From assembly GCA_963764715.1 (NCBI GenBank), contig CAVXTP010000014.1, positions 32,001-96,000 of the forward strand: a DNA stretch of 64,000 nt, given 5' to 3'. The notes beneath the pieces were generated by a model. That model worked only from the letters and a program-made list of their open reading frames with translations, was not told the origin of the DNA and did not search any database. A program made the translations under genes and the position numbers. The DNA comes from an uncultured Acidobacteriota bacterium (GTDB taxonomy: Bacteria > Acidobacteriota > Thermoanaerobaculia > UBA5066 > Gp7-AA6). Below, piece after piece: positions 49,959-60,677 of this stretch (position 1 is its first letter; each line of letters starts with the position of its first letter).

Positions 49959-52217
49959 ATGCGCCGCTCCGCACCGATCGCCCTCGCCTTCGTGTTTCTC
50001 GCCGCGTCTCCCGCGACCGGCCCCGTCCCGCCCGCGCCGCGCGGCTTCTTTCCCGACGGCGTCGCCGCGCAGCAGAAGGTCGAGCGCGAGTTTCGCGCGA
50101 TCCCCGACCCCGCCGTCGCGCGCGAGACGATGCGGCGGCTCGCGGCGGCCCCGCACCATCTCGGCTCCCCCGAGGGCGCGAAGAACGCCGAGTGGATTCT
50201 GGCGAAATTCCGAGAATACGGCCTCGAGGCGCGCATCGAGACCTTCGACGTGCTGTTTCCGACGCCGACCGAGCGCGTCGTCGAGCTCGTCGAGCCCTAC
50301 AAGTTCCGCGCGGCGCTCGCCGAGACGACCCTCAAGGAGGATCCGACCTCCGGCCAGACCGCGCAGCAGCTGCCGACCTACAACGCCTACTCGATCGACG
50401 GCGACGTGACGGCGCCGCTCGTCTACGTGAACTACGGCGTGCCCGCCGACTACGAGCGTCTCGAGCGGCTCGGCGTCGACGTGAAGGGCAGGATCGTCAT
50501 CGCGCGCTACGGCGGGGGCTGGCGAGGCATCAAGCCCAAGGTCGCGGCCGAGAAGGGCGCCGTCGGCTGCATCATCTACTCGGACCCGAAGGACGACGGC
50601 TTCTTCGAGGGCGAGGTCTACCCGAAGGGGCCCTTCCGCCCCGAGCAGGGCGTCCAGCGCGGGAGCGTCGCGGACATGCCCGTCTATTCGGGGGACCCGC
50701 TGACGCCGGGCGTTGCCGCCACGAAGGCCGCGGCGCGCCTCGACCGCAAGGACGCCGCCACGATCACGAAGATCCCCGTGCTCCCGATCTCCTACGCCGA
50801 CGCGAAACCCCTGCTCGCCGCCCTCGAGGGAGCGGTCGCGCCGGCGGACTGGCGGGGCGCCCTGCCGATCACCTACCGCGTCGGCCCGGGGCCCGCGAAG
50901 GTCCATCTCAAGCTCGCCTTCGACTGGAAGCTCGTCCCCGCCAACGACGTGATCGCGACGATCCCGGGCGCGGTCTGGCCGGACGAGTGGATCATCCGCG
51001 GCAACCACCACGATGCCTGGGTCAACGGCGCCGAGGACCCGATCTCCGGCCTGAGCGCCCTCCTGGAGGAGGCGCGCGCCTACGGACAGCTCCTCGAGAA
51101 GGGCTGGCGGCCGAAGCGGACGATCGTGCTCTGCGCGTGGGACGGCGAGGAACAGGGGCTGCTCGGGTCGACCGAGTGGGCCGAGGCGCACCAGGACGAG
51201 CTGCGCGCGAAGGCGGTCGCCTACATCAACACCGACGGCAACGGCCGCGGGTTCCTCAACGCGGGCGGCTCGCATTCCCTGGAGGGCCTCGTCTCGGCGG
51301 CCGCGGCCGAGATCGAGGACCCGGAGAAGAAGATGCCCGTCCTCCAGCGGGCCCGCCTCAAGCAGATCGAGGACGCGGACAAGCCCGAGGACCGCAAGCG
51401 GATCCGCGAGCACGCGTACCTGCAAATCGAGGCCCTCGGCTCGGGCTCGGATTTCACGCCCTTCCTCCAGCACGTCGGGGTCGCCTCGCTCAACCTCGGC
51501 TACGGCGGGGAGAGCTCGGGCGGCATCTACCATTCGATCTACGACGACTTCACTTGGTACTCGCGCTTCGCCGACACGGACTTCGTCTACGCCCGCGCCC
51601 TCGCCCAGACCGGAGGGACGCTGACGCTGCGCCTCGCCAACGCCGACATCCTGCCGTTCGAGTTCACCGCCGCCGCCGAGTCGATCGCCCGCTACGTCAA
51701 GGAAGTCTCGGAGCTCGCCGACACGAGACGCAAGGACGCCGAGGAGTGGAACCTGCAGATCGAGGAGAACCTCCCCTGGGCGGTGAACGACCCGAAGAAG
51801 CCGTTCGCCGCTCCGAAGCCGCGGATCGTGCCGCCGCACTTCGACTTCGCCCCGCTCCAGAACGCCTCGGACTCGCTGACGGCCGCGGCCGGCGTCTACT
51901 CGCGGGCCTTCGAGTCGGCCATGGCGCCCGGCGCCGCTCCGCTGCCCGCGGACCGTCTCGCCGCGCTGAACCGGGCGATCGCCGCCTTCGAGCGCAGCCT
52001 CACCTCGGAGGCCGGACTGCCCAACCGCGCCTGGTATCGCCACTTCGTCTACGCCCCCGGGGCCTACACGGGCTACGGCGTCAAGACGCTTCCCGCCGTC
52101 CGCGAAGCCCTCGAGGAGCGCCGCTGGAACGACGTCAACCCGGCCGCTGAGCAAACCGGCGCCGTCATCGAAAAGGCCGCCGAGCAGGTCCGCACCGCCG
52201 CCAAACTGCTCCAATAG
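49959..52217 (+). CDS. M28 glutamate carboxypeptidase II-like peptidase (PA + TfR dimerization domains)
   Basis: Signal peptide; GNHHDAW, GAEDPISG, WDGEEQGLLGSTEW, GSGSDF, YHSIYD. Confidence 0.95.
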   Translation: MRRSAPIALAFVFLAASPATGPVPPAPRGFFPDGVAAQQKVEREFRAIPDPAVARETMRRLAAAPHHLGSPEGAKNAEWILAKFREYGLEARIETFDVLFPTPTERVVELVEPYKFRAALAETTLKEDPTSGQTAQQLPTYNAYSIDGDVTAPLVYVNYGVPADYERLERLGVDVKGRIVIARYGGGWRGIKPKVAAEKGAVGCIIYSDPKDDGFFEGEVYPKGPFRPEQGVQRGSVADMPVYSGDPLTPGVAATKAAARLDRKDAATITKIPVLPISYADAKPLLAALEGAVAPADWRGALPITYRVGPGPAKVHLKLAFDWKLVPANDVIATIPGAVWPDEWIIRGNHHDAWVNGAEDPISGLSALLEEARAYGQLLEKGWRPKRTIVLCAWDGEEQGLLGSTEWAEAHQDELRAKAVAYINTDGNGRGFLNAGGSHSLEGLVSAAAAEIEDPEKKMPVLQRARLKQIEDADKPEDRKRIREHAYLQIEALGSGSDFTPFLQHVGVASLNLGYGGESSGGIYHSIYDDFTWYSRFADTDFVYARALAQTGGTLTLRLANADILPFEFTAAAESIARYVKEVSELADTRRKDAEEWNLQIEENLPWAVNDPKKPFAAPKPRIVPPHFDFAPLQNASDSLTAAAGVYSRAFESAMAPGAAPLPADRLAALNRAIAAFERSLTSEAGLPNRAWYRHFVYAPGAYTGYGVKTLPAVREALEERRWNDVNPAAEQTGAVIEKAAEQVRTAAKLLQ

Positions 52218-52308
52218 GGGGTCAGGTCTTCATTTTTCGGATTTCAGGTCTCGCCCCGCTGCCAGGGGGAAACCCGTCTGAAATCCGAAAAACTGAATAC
52301 CTGACCCC
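52218..52308. repeat. Long AT-rich inverted repeat with GGGGTCAGGT/ACCTGACCCC ends (REP/MITE-like)
   Basis: ggggtcaggt-cttca-tttttcggatttcag ... ctgaaatccgaaaaa-ctgaa-tacctgacccc; arms of about 30 bp. Confidence 0.8.
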
Positions 52309-52317
52309 GATTCGGAC

Positions 52318-52824
52318 TCAAGGGGCGATTCCGCCCCCCCGCATCCGCTCGTAGATCTCCTGGGCGTCGGACTTGCCGAGCGCGATGGCGCAGGTGCCGT
52401 CGCAGCGGGCCGTGACCCGGCCCTCGCCGTCGAAGATCTCCGCGGCGGCGAAGACGAGGTTGAGCCCCGCACGGACGAGGCGGGCTTCGGCCACGATGCG
52501 GTCGCCCCGCGTCGCCCGAAAGAACGACATCGCGAGGTTGACGGTCGCCGAGCGCGTGTCGGGCCGCGTCAGCCAGCCCACGGTGCCGATGACGAGATCG
52601 AAGAGCCCGGCGAGGACGACGCCGTTGACGGCGTCCGTGCCGAGACCGCCGCGGTGAATGTCCCCCACCGGATCGATCACGGCCCGCACGCGGTCGACGC
52701 GCTCGAACTCGAGCCTCGCCCCGAAATGCTTCATCGCCGGCGAGTCGTTCCACATCTGGCCGAGCGCGCGGAGCGACTCGAGCGTCGGGTACGCGGGCGA
52801 GAACGGCTGGCCTTCGGGCGGCAT
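52318..52824 (-). CDS. PaaI family thioesterase
   Basis: VNGVVLAGLFD, ATVNLAMSF, hot-dog fold pattern. Confidence 0.88.
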   Translation of the reverse strand: MPPEGQPFSPAYPTLESLRALGQMWNDSPAMKHFGARLEFERVDRVRAVIDPVGDIHRGGLGTDAVNGVVLAGLFDLVIGTVGWLTRPDTRSATVNLAMSFFRATRGDRIVAEARLVRAGLNLVFAAAEIFDGEGRVTARCDGTCAIALGKSDAQEIYERMRGGGIAP

Positions 52825-52837
52825 CCGGAAGGCGACT

Positions 52838-55429
52838 CTACTTCAGGCCCTCGACGACGAACAGGTCGGAGAGCAGGCGGCTGTACGTGTAGGCGTAGGA
52901 GGCGCCGTCCGGCGTGACGACGACGTTGGAGATGCGCTCGATGCCCGACGGGTCGACCGGCATCAGCGCCTTCCACGGCTCGTGCCGGCCGCTGGCGATG
53001 TCGACCCGGGACACGTGGGCGGGAAGGTCGCGCCGCCAGACGTAGAGCGTCTTGCCGTCCGGCGTGAAGCGCAGGGGGAACTCCCCCGACTCGAGACCCG
53101 GGATCGGCCGCGGCTCGCCGCCGCCGAGCGGGAAGAGAACGCCCTTGTGATCGGGCCCGACGGCCGCGACGGAGTGCCCGTCCGGCGAAACCGCGAAACC
53201 CGGGAACGCCGTGTTGATGCCCTCCGTCGTCACGGCCCGGGGCGCCCCGCCGTCGATCGGCTGGACGTAGAGGCGGACGCCGCGGCCCGGCGCATTGCCG
53301 GCGATCAGGACGCTCTTGTTGTCCGGGAGCCAGTAGGCCGACTGGGACGGCGTGATCCCGGCGAACTCGAGGCGCCGCGGCTGCCCCGCGCCCGTCGGCA
53401 GGAGCATCAGCATCGACGTCGGCGTCGAGATGGCGGCCAGCGCCCACTGCGTATCGGCCGAGAGTGCGAGGGCCGAGCCGTCGCCGAGCTTGACGACCGG
53501 AGCGCCGACCTTCCGGAGGTACGTCGTGTAGTTGGTTCCGCCCGCCTCGCCCTCCTCGTCGAAGAGCAGCGTGCGGCCGTCGGCCGAGATGTCGGCGACG
53601 AAAGAATAGTCGAGCCACGACAGGTCGCGCTCCCGCGTGTCGCCCGGGAGGATCCCGAGCGTGCCGACCCGCGAGCTGCCGCGCGCCATCAGGACGCGGC
53701 CGTTGGGCGCGACGTCCTGGAGCCGGATGCCGCCCGGAACGCGCACGATGACGCGCACGACGCCCGAGAGGTTGACGGCGTAGAGCGACAGGTTGGCGCC
53801 CGTGTCGGTGGCCGTGAACCAGACCTCGTTGCCCGACGGCGACCAGGCAAGACCGCCGGCCTTGTTCCACCGCGACGTGAGCACCTTCTTCGCGCCCCTG
53901 GCGTCGAGGACCGCGACCACGCCCGAGTCGTCCTGCGGATACGGATGATCGAGGAAAGCGATCAGCTTGTTGTCGCGCGAGAGGCGCGCGTCGCTGACGT
54001 AGCCGGTCGTCTCGTAGAGGACCTTGCCGATCGGATACTCGATCCGCGCCTTTCCCTCGACGTCACGCACGATCATCAGGTTCGTGCCGTCGGCGGACCA
54101 GTCGGCGTCCTGGACGTTCTCGGCGACGTCGCGGGGGGAACCGCCCGTCAGGGCCGCGCGGGCCAGAGTCCCGGCGCAGGCGGAGGGATGCGAGCCGCGG
54201 CAATTCACGTCGATCGCCATCTCGCCCGACGGCGAGATCGAGAGCAGGTTGGCGCTCGGAAGCTCCAGCGGCAGGGCTTCGGGGCTCGACGGGTGCTTCA
54301 GGAAGAGCTTGCGCGGATTGCCGTCCCAGGCGGCGCTGTAGACGATCGTCTGCCCGTCGGGGGCGAAACGCGCTGCGAGAATGGTCCCGCTGCCAAAGGT
54401 GATCTGCTGAAAGGACGGCGGGACCGTGCGGCTGAATCGGCGACCCGTCCAGGCGCCCGCCACGAAGGCCGCCGCGATGGCAACGAGGACCCCGAGGGCC
54501 CCCAGCCACCGGCGCCTCGGCCGGACGGGCGCCGTCGGTCCGGAGCGGGCCGCGCCCGTCGGCAAAGACGCCTCCGACAGATGCTCGCGCACGGAGCGGA
54601 CGTCGCGTGCCAGGTCCCGGGTCGAGGCGTAACGCTCCTCCGGGTCCTTCTGCAGGCAGCGTTCGATGATCCAGCGGAACGGCCCCGGCACGCTCGCGTT
54701 GACCTCGGCGACGGGCTCGGTGTCCTCCCGGATGATCGCGGTGAGCGTCTCGGCCGTCGTGCCTCGCTGGAACGCGCGCTTGCCCGTCGCCATCTCGTAG
54801 AAGATCGAGCCCATGGAGAACTGGTCGGTGCGATAGTCGAGCGGCTTGCCGCTCGCCTGCTCGGGCGACATGTAGCCGATCGTGCCCATCACCGTTCCCG
54901 CTTGCGTCGCCTGCGCGGTGGGCGCGTTGGTGACCTGGTCCGACGGGTCCTTGAGGAGCTTGGCGAGGCCGAAATCGAGGATCTTGAGCGCCCCGTCCTT
55001 CGTCACCATGACGTTCTCGGGCTTCAGGTCCCGGTGCACGATGCCCGCCGCGTGCGCCTTGGCGAGGCCGTCGGCGAGCTGGTAGGCGAGATCGAGGAGC
55101 CGCCGCGTCGGCAGCGGCCCGGCCCCGAGCACGTCCCGAAGCGTGCGGCCGTCGATGAGCTCCATCGCGATGTAGACGGTGGAGGCGTCGGTCCCGATGT
55201 CGTGGATCGTGACAATGTTGGAATGGTTCAGGGCCGACGCCGAACGCGCCTCCTGCTCGAAGCGCTTCCGGCGGTCGACGTCGGACGCGAACTCGGGCGA
55301 GAGGACTTTCACGGCGACCTCGCGACCCAGACGCGTGTCGCGCGCGCGGTACACCTCTCCCATGCCTCCGGCGCCGAGGGGCGCAAGGATCTCGAAGGGA
55401 CCGAGTCGGGTTCCGGCCGCGATGGTCAT
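52838..55429 (-). CDS. Ser/Thr protein kinase with TM and TolB-like beta-propeller
   Basis: [31 protein letters not shown]; repeated (W/F)SPDG-type motifs. Confidence 0.95.
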   Translation of the reverse strand: MTIAAGTRLGPFEILAPLGAGGMGEVYRARDTRLGREVAVKVLSPEFASDVDRRKRFEQEARSASALNHSNIVTIHDIGTDASTVYIAMELIDGRTLRDVLGAGPLPTRRLLDLAYQLADGLAKAHAAGIVHRDLKPENVMVTKDGALKILDFGLAKLLKDPSDQVTNAPTAQATQAGTVMGTIGYMSPEQASGKPLDYRTDQFSMGSIFYEMATGKRAFQRGTTAETLTAIIREDTEPVAEVNASVPGPFRWIIERCLQKDPEERYASTRDLARDVRSVREHLSEASLPTGAARSGPTAPVRPRRRWLGALGVLVAIAAAFVAGAWTGRRFSRTVPPSFQQITFGSGTILAARFAPDGQTIVYSAAWDGNPRKLFLKHPSSPEALPLELPSANLLSISPSGEMAIDVNCRGSHPSACAGTLARAALTGGSPRDVAENVQDADWSADGTNLMIVRDVEGKARIEYPIGKVLYETTGYVSDARLSRDNKLIAFLDHPYPQDDSGVVAVLDARGAKKVLTSRWNKAGGLAWSPSGNEVWFTATDTGANLSLYAVNLSGVVRVIVRVPGGIRLQDVAPNGRVLMARGSSRVGTLGILPGDTRERDLSWLDYSFVADISADGRTLLFDEEGEAGGTNYTTYLRKVGAPVVKLGDGSALALSADTQWALAAISTPTSMLMLLPTGAGQPRRLEFAGITPSQSAYWLPDNKSVLIAGNAPGRGVRLYVQPIDGGAPRAVTTEGINTAFPGFAVSPDGHSVAAVGPDHKGVLFPLGGGEPRPIPGLESGEFPLRFTPDGKTLYVWRRDLPAHVSRVDIASGRHEPWKALMPVDPSGIERISNVVVTPDGASYAYTYSRLLSDLFVVEGLK

Positions 55430-55494
55430 GGATTCGGCGTCGCGGGATTCTACCCAGAATCGCCGTAGAATCCCGGCCTCCGAAAGGAAATCGG

Positions 55495-56790
55495 ATGCGA
55501 TCGGTCCTGCGCTGCCTCGTTTGGCTTTATCTCGTCGCTGCCGCCGCGCGCGCCGCCGATGCGCCGGTGACGGCCGTCAAAGCCGGGCGACTGATCGATC
55601 CGAAGGCGGGCAGCGTCGTCCCGGGCGCCGTGATCCTAATCGAGGGAGGCCGGATCAAGGCCGTCGGCCCCGCGCTCGCGATCCCGCCCGACGCGAAAAT
55701 CATCGACCTCTCCGGCCTGACCGTCCTCCCGGGCCTCATCGACTGCCATACCCACCTCGTCGGCGACTACGCGAACGACTCGGACCCGCTGACGGAGCTC
55801 CGGAGCTCCTCGGCGCAGCGCGCCTTCGAATCCGTTCCGAACGCCCGGGCGACGCTCGACGCCGGGTTCACGACCGTGCGGGACGTCGGCACCTACCGCG
55901 CCTTCGTCGACGTCGCCCTGCGCGACGCGATCGCGAAGGGATATTTCCCGGGCCCCCGCATGTACGTCGCCGGCGCCTACCTGACGATCACCGGCGGCGG
56001 CGGCGCCATGTCCGGTAGCCTCGCCCCGGACATCGCGCTGCCCTGGGACCTCAGGTTCGGGATCGCCGACGGCGTCGACCAGGTGCGACAGCGCGTGCGG
56101 GACATCGCGCAGCACGGCGTGGACGTCATCAAGCTGCTCGCCACCGGCGCCTTCCTCGCCCACGGGTCGGACCCCCACGCGGTGGAGTACACGTACGACG
56201 AGATCCGGGCCGCCGTCGAGGAAGCGCAGCACAAGGGCCTGAAGGTGGCCGCCCACGCCCACTCGGCCGAGGGCATCAAGCTCGCCGTCCGCGCCGGCGT
56301 CGCCTCGATCGAGCACGGCACGTACGTCGACGAGGAGGGGCTGCGTCTCATGAAGGAGCGCGGGACCTACCTCGTGGCCGACGTCTACGACGCCGAGTAC
56401 ATCCGCCAGGGCAAGGCCGCCGGCATCCCCCAGGACTTCGCCGACAAGCAGCCCGAGGGCGACGAGATCCAGCGGCAGAACTTCCGCAAGGCCGTCCAGA
56501 TGGGGGTCCGGGTCGCGTTCGGCACCGACGCGAGCGTCTATCCCCACGGGCTGAACGCCCGGCAGTTCGCCTGGCAGGTCCGCTACGGCCAGACGCCGAT
56601 GGAGGCGATCCGCTCGGCGACCGTCTCCGGCGCGGACCTGATCGGCCGCGGCAACCAGGGCGGCTCGCTCGAGCCGGGAAAGTGGGCGGACCTGATCGCC
56701 GTCGCGGGCGATCCCCTCCAGGACGTCACGGCCCTGGAGAAGGTCGCGTTCGTGATGAAGGAAGGGCAGGTCTCCAAGAGCCTCCGTTAG
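55495..56790 (+). CDS. Secreted amidohydrolase (Xaa-Pro dipeptidase-like)
   Basis: PGLIDCHTHL, GFTTVRD, AAHAH, SIEHG, FGTDA. Confidence 0.93.
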   Translation: MRSVLRCLVWLYLVAAAARAADAPVTAVKAGRLIDPKAGSVVPGAVILIEGGRIKAVGPALAIPPDAKIIDLSGLTVLPGLIDCHTHLVGDYANDSDPLTELRSSSAQRAFESVPNARATLDAGFTTVRDVGTYRAFVDVALRDAIAKGYFPGPRMYVAGAYLTITGGGGAMSGSLAPDIALPWDLRFGIADGVDQVRQRVRDIAQHGVDVIKLLATGAFLAHGSDPHAVEYTYDEIRAAVEEAQHKGLKVAAHAHSAEGIKLAVRAGVASIEHGTYVDEEGLRLMKERGTYLVADVYDAEYIRQGKAAGIPQDFADKQPEGDEIQRQNFRKAVQMGVRVAFGTDASVYPHGLNARQFAWQVRYGQTPMEAIRSATVSGADLIGRGNQGGSLEPGKWADLIAVAGDPLQDVTALEKVAFVMKEGQVSKSLR

Positions 56791-56846
56791 CCGCGGCCCC
56801 GGCGTCTTTTTCCATCGGTTCTCCGCCCGAGGGCGACTTCGCGAAT

Positions 56847-56862
56847 TGATGCAGCTGCATCA
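56847..56862. promoter_or_regulatory. Perfect 16-bp palindrome upstream of the hydrogenase operon (candidate operator)
   Basis: TGATGCAGCTGCATCA is its own reverse complement. Confidence 0.55.
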
Positions 56863-57064
56863 TGGCCCCTCGCCACGCACGGACCCTATGTTGAACGGAA
56901 CTCGGAGGGCTCGTGCATCGAGACCTTGTGCTTCCGCAGCCGCCTCCCACGCTGCAACCGCGGACCGCACCCGAGCCCTCCTCATCTCTTCATGCTCCGC
57001 GCCCCTTCGCCGGCCCGGAAGGAGCGCTTTCGTAATCCGGCGCCGCCGGAAGGAGGCATCGCCC

Positions 57065-58216
57065 ATGCCGCAGTCCACGCGTTGGTTTCTGGATGAGCTC
57101 GATCGCCGGGGAGTCTCGCGCCGGGACTTCATGTCGTTCTGCGGCGTGATGGCCGCGGCGCTGGCCCTGCCCAGGAGCGCCGCCGCCACCATTGCCGCCG
57201 CGATCCAGAAGACCCAGAAGCCGGTCCTCGTCTGGCTCGAGTTCCAGGATTGCTGCGGCAACACGGAGTCATTCCTGCGGGCGGGACGCCCGACCGTCGC
57301 CGAGATCGTCCTCGACACCCTCTCGGTCGACTACCACGAGACGATCATGGCCGCCGCCGGCGACCGCGCCGAGGCCAACCTCGCGAAGGCCGTCAAGGAC
57401 AACAAGGGCAAGTACATCGCGGTCGTCGAAGGCTCGATCCCGACCGGGATCGACGGCGCCTACTGCACGATCGGCGGGCGGGCGGCCCTCGACATCGCCC
57501 GCGAGGTCTGCGGCGACGCCCTGGCGACGATCGCGATGGGGACCTGCGCCACGTTCGGAGGGCTTCCGGCCGCCGCGCCGAACCCCACGGGCGCGCTCGG
57601 CGTCGCCGACGCCGTCCCGGGGGTCAAGAACCTCATCAACCTCTCGGCCTGCCCCGCCAACGTCGAGAACCTGACGGCCCTGATCGTCTACTACCTGACG
57701 TTCAAGGCGCTTCCGCCGACCGACTCGTACCACCGCCCGCTCTTCGCCTACGGCAAGGCCATCCACGACAACTGCGAGCGCCGCGCCCACTACGACGCCG
57801 GCCAGTACGTCGAGGCCTGGGGCGACGACGGGCACCGCACCGGATACTGCCTCTACAAGATGGGGTGCAAGGGCCCCGTCACCTTCCAGAACTGTCCCAA
57901 CGTCCGCTGGAACAGCGGGACCAACTGGCCGATCGGCTGCGGCCACCCGTGCATCGGCTGCGCCGAGCCCGATTTCTGGGACAAGATGACTCCCTTCTAC
58001 CGCCACCTCGAGGGCATCCCGGGCTTCGGCGTCCAGTCCAGCATCGACAAGGTGGGCGTCTGGTCCACGGTCGGCGTCGGCGCCGCCTTCGCCACCCACG
58101 GACTCATCTCGCTCGCCAAGCGCTGGAAGGCGGGCTCGCCGCCGCGCAACCTTCCCGAGCCTCCGGAGAAGCCGGCCGCGAACAAACCGCCCGCGGAGAA
58201 AGGAGAGCGGTCATGA
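57065..58216 (+). CDS. hyaA: [NiFe]-hydrogenase small subunit (Tat substrate, C-terminal TM)
   Basis: SRRDFM Tat motif; WLEFQDCCGNTES, HDNC, CLYKMGCKGP, GHPCIGC. Confidence 0.95.
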   Translation: MPQSTRWFLDELDRRGVSRRDFMSFCGVMAAALALPRSAAATIAAAIQKTQKPVLVWLEFQDCCGNTESFLRAGRPTVAEIVLDTLSVDYHETIMAAAGDRAEANLAKAVKDNKGKYIAVVEGSIPTGIDGAYCTIGGRAALDIAREVCGDALATIAMGTCATFGGLPAAAPNPTGALGVADAVPGVKNLINLSACPANVENLTALIVYYLTFKALPPTDSYHRPLFAYGKAIHDNCERRAHYDAGQYVEAWGDDGHRTGYCLYKMGCKGPVTFQNCPNVRWNSGTNWPIGCGHPCIGCAEPDFWDKMTPFYRHLEGIPGFGVQSSIDKVGVWSTVGVGAAFATHGLISLAKRWKAGSPPRNLPEPPEKPAANKPPAEKGERS

Positions 58217-59919
58217 CGCATGTCGTCGTCGATCCCGTGACCCGCATCGAAGGCCACCTCCGGATCGAGGCCGAAGTCGACGGTGGAAAAGTCCAGGACG
58301 CCTGGTCCTCCGCCACGATGTTCCGCGGCGTGGAGCTGATCCTGAAGGGCCGCGATCCGCGCGACGCCTGGGCCTTCACGCAGCGGATCTGCGGCGTGTG
58401 CACGACGGTGCACGCGATCGCCTCGATCCGCGCCGTCGAGAACGCGATCGGCGCAACGCCGCCGCCCAACGCCCGCCTCCTGCGCAACCTGATCATCTCC
58501 TCGCAGTGCGTGCAGGACCACGTCATCCACTTCTACCACCTGCACGCGCTCGACTGGGTCGACATCGTCTCGGCGCTCTCGGCGGACCCGGCGAAGACCT
58601 CCGCCCTCGCGCAGTCGATCTCGGACTGGCCGCTCTCGAGCACGACCTACTTCGCCGGGATCCAGGGCCGCGTGAAGGCGTTCGTCGAGCGCGGGCAGCT
58701 CGGGCCCTTCGCCAACGCCTACTGGGGCCACCCGGCCTACAAGCTGCCGCCGGAGGCAAACCTGATGGCGGTCGCCCACTACCTCGAGGCGCTCGACTGG
58801 CAGCGCGAGTTCATCCGGATCCACGCGATCCTGGGCGGAAAGAACCCGCACCTCCAGAGCTTCCTCGTCGGAGGCATGGCGACGCCCATCGACCCGGACC
58901 GGCAGGCGTCGTTGAACGCCGGATCGATCGCCGAAATGCAGGAGCTCATCCAGAAGGGCCGCGACTTCGTCACGCGCGTCTACATTCCGGACCTCCTGGC
59001 GATCGCGTCCTTCTACAAGGACTGGGCCGGGTACGGCGCCGGGGTCGGAAACTACCTGGTCTACGGCGAGTACCCCGAGGACGACGGGCCGAACCCGCGG
59101 CTCTTCCTGCCCTCCGGCGTCATCCGAAAGCGCGACCTCTCGAAGGTCGACAAGTTCGATCCCGCGAAGATCACCGAGCAGGTCAAGCACTCCTGGTACG
59201 AATACGACGGCGGGGACGACAAGGGCCTTCACCCGTTCCAGGGCGAGACGAAGCCGAAGTACACCGGCCCGAAGCCGCCGTACGAGCGGCTCGCGACCGA
59301 CGCCAAGTACAGCTGGCTGAAGTCCCCGCGCTACGACGGCGAGCCCATGGAGGTCGGTCCCCTCTCCCGGATGCTCGTCGCGTACGCGTCGGGCCAGCCG
59401 CGCGTCAAGGAGCTCGTCGGAGCGGTCCTCGGGAAGCTCAACGTGGGTCCCGAGGCCCTCTTCTCGACGCTCGGCCGCGTCGCCGCCCGGGGCATCGAAA
59501 CCCAGGTCCTCGCCGAGAAGATGGACGAGTGGGTCAACGCACTGGCCGCGAACATGGCGCGCCGCGAGCTCCGCATCGCCGACAACTCGAAGTGGGAGCC
59601 CTCGACCTGGCCGAAGGAGGCCTCGGGCGCCGGCTTCCACGAGGCGCCCCGCGGCGCGCTCGGCCACTGGGTCCACATCCGCGACGGCCAGATCGCCAAC
59701 TACCAGTGCGTCGTGCCGAGCACGTGGAACGCCGGGCCGCGCGACGCCGAGGGCAACCGCGGCCCCTACGAGGAAGCGCTTCGCGGCACCCCGGTCCACG
59801 ACCCGGCCCAGCCGATCGAGATCCTGCGCACCGTGCACTCGTTCGACCCCTGCATCGCCTGCGGCGTCCACGTCGTCGACGTCGAGCGGCGCGAGCTCGC
59901 GCACGTGAGGGTCCTGTGA
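58213..59919 (+). CDS. hyaB: [NiFe]-hydrogenase large subunit, group 1 (probably 1f)
   Basis: DPVTRIEGH, L1 RICGVCTTVH, L2 SFDPCIACGVH plus cleavable tail. Confidence 0.96.
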   Translation: MTHVVVDPVTRIEGHLRIEAEVDGGKVQDAWSSATMFRGVELILKGRDPRDAWAFTQRICGVCTTVHAIASIRAVENAIGATPPPNARLLRNLIISSQCVQDHVIHFYHLHALDWVDIVSALSADPAKTSALAQSISDWPLSSTTYFAGIQGRVKAFVERGQLGPFANAYWGHPAYKLPPEANLMAVAHYLEALDWQREFIRIHAILGGKNPHLQSFLVGGMATPIDPDRQASLNAGSIAEMQELIQKGRDFVTRVYIPDLLAIASFYKDWAGYGAGVGNYLVYGEYPEDDGPNPRLFLPSGVIRKRDLSKVDKFDPAKITEQVKHSWYEYDGGDDKGLHPFQGETKPKYTGPKPPYERLATDAKYSWLKSPRYDGEPMEVGPLSRMLVAYASGQPRVKELVGAVLGKLNVGPEALFSTLGRVAARGIETQVLAEKMDEWVNALAANMARRELRIADNSKWEPSTWPKEASGAGFHEAPRGALGHWVHIRDGQIANYQCVVPSTWNAGPRDAEGNRGPYEEALRGTPVHDPAQPIEILRTVHSFDPCIACGVHVVDVERRELAHVRVL

Positions 59920-60677
59920 GCACCGCGCGGCCGCTCGTCGATCCCGGCTCGATCCCGCCTCCCGCCGACACGGACCTCGTCCGCGTCTACGTCTGGGAGT
60001 GGCCCGTGCGCCTGGCGCACTGGCTGATCGTCATCTCGCTCGTCGTGCTCTCCTGGACCGGCCTCTACATCGGCCGTCCGTTTCTGATCTCGCCCGGCGA
60101 GGCCCGCTTCGAGTTCGTGATGGGCACGGCGAAGACCATCCACTTCTACGCGGCGATCGTCTTCACGATGGCCGTCCTCGTGCGGGTCATCTGGATGTTC
60201 ACCGGAAACCGGTTCTCGCACTGGGACAAGTTCCTTCCGGTCGCCAAGCGCCGCCGGCAGGCGATGATCCCGACGCTCAAGTACTACCTCTTCGCGCTGC
60301 GCAAGCCGCCGGGCTTCATCGGCCACAATCCCCTGGCCGGGCTCACCTACACCCTGGTGTTCGTCCTCTACTTCACGATGATCGCCACGGGGATCGCGCT
60401 CCGCACGGTGGGCGCGGACGTGCACTCGCCCCTCCGGATCTTCTCCTTTCTCGTGCCCCTCTTCGGCGGCCCGCAGTCGGCGCGCTGGATTCACCACGTC
60501 GGCATGTGGCTCCTCTGGGGCTTCGCCGTGCACCACGTCTACAGCGCCATCCTGATGTCGCAGGTCGAGGGCAACGCCACGATCGAATCGATCTTCTCGG
60601 GCTACAAGTTCGTTCACCGCGACGACGTCTACTACTCGGGCTACCGCTTCCTCGCCCGGAAGGACGAGCATGGCTGA
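59916..60677 (+). CDS. cybH: Hydrogenase b-type cytochrome subunit
   Basis: VWEWPVRLAHW, TGLYIG, GHNPLAGLTY, HHVY. Confidence 0.93.
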   Translation: MSTARPLVDPGSIPPPADTDLVRVYVWEWPVRLAHWLIVISLVVLSWTGLYIGRPFLISPGEARFEFVMGTAKTIHFYAAIVFTMAVLVRVIWMFTGNRFSHWDKFLPVAKRRRQAMIPTLKYYLFALRKPPGFIGHNPLAGLTYTLVFVLYFTMIATGIALRTVGADVHSPLRIFSFLVPLFGGPQSARWIHHVGMWLLWGFAVHHVYSAILMSQVEGNATIESIFSGYKFVHRDDVYYSGYRFLARKDEHG

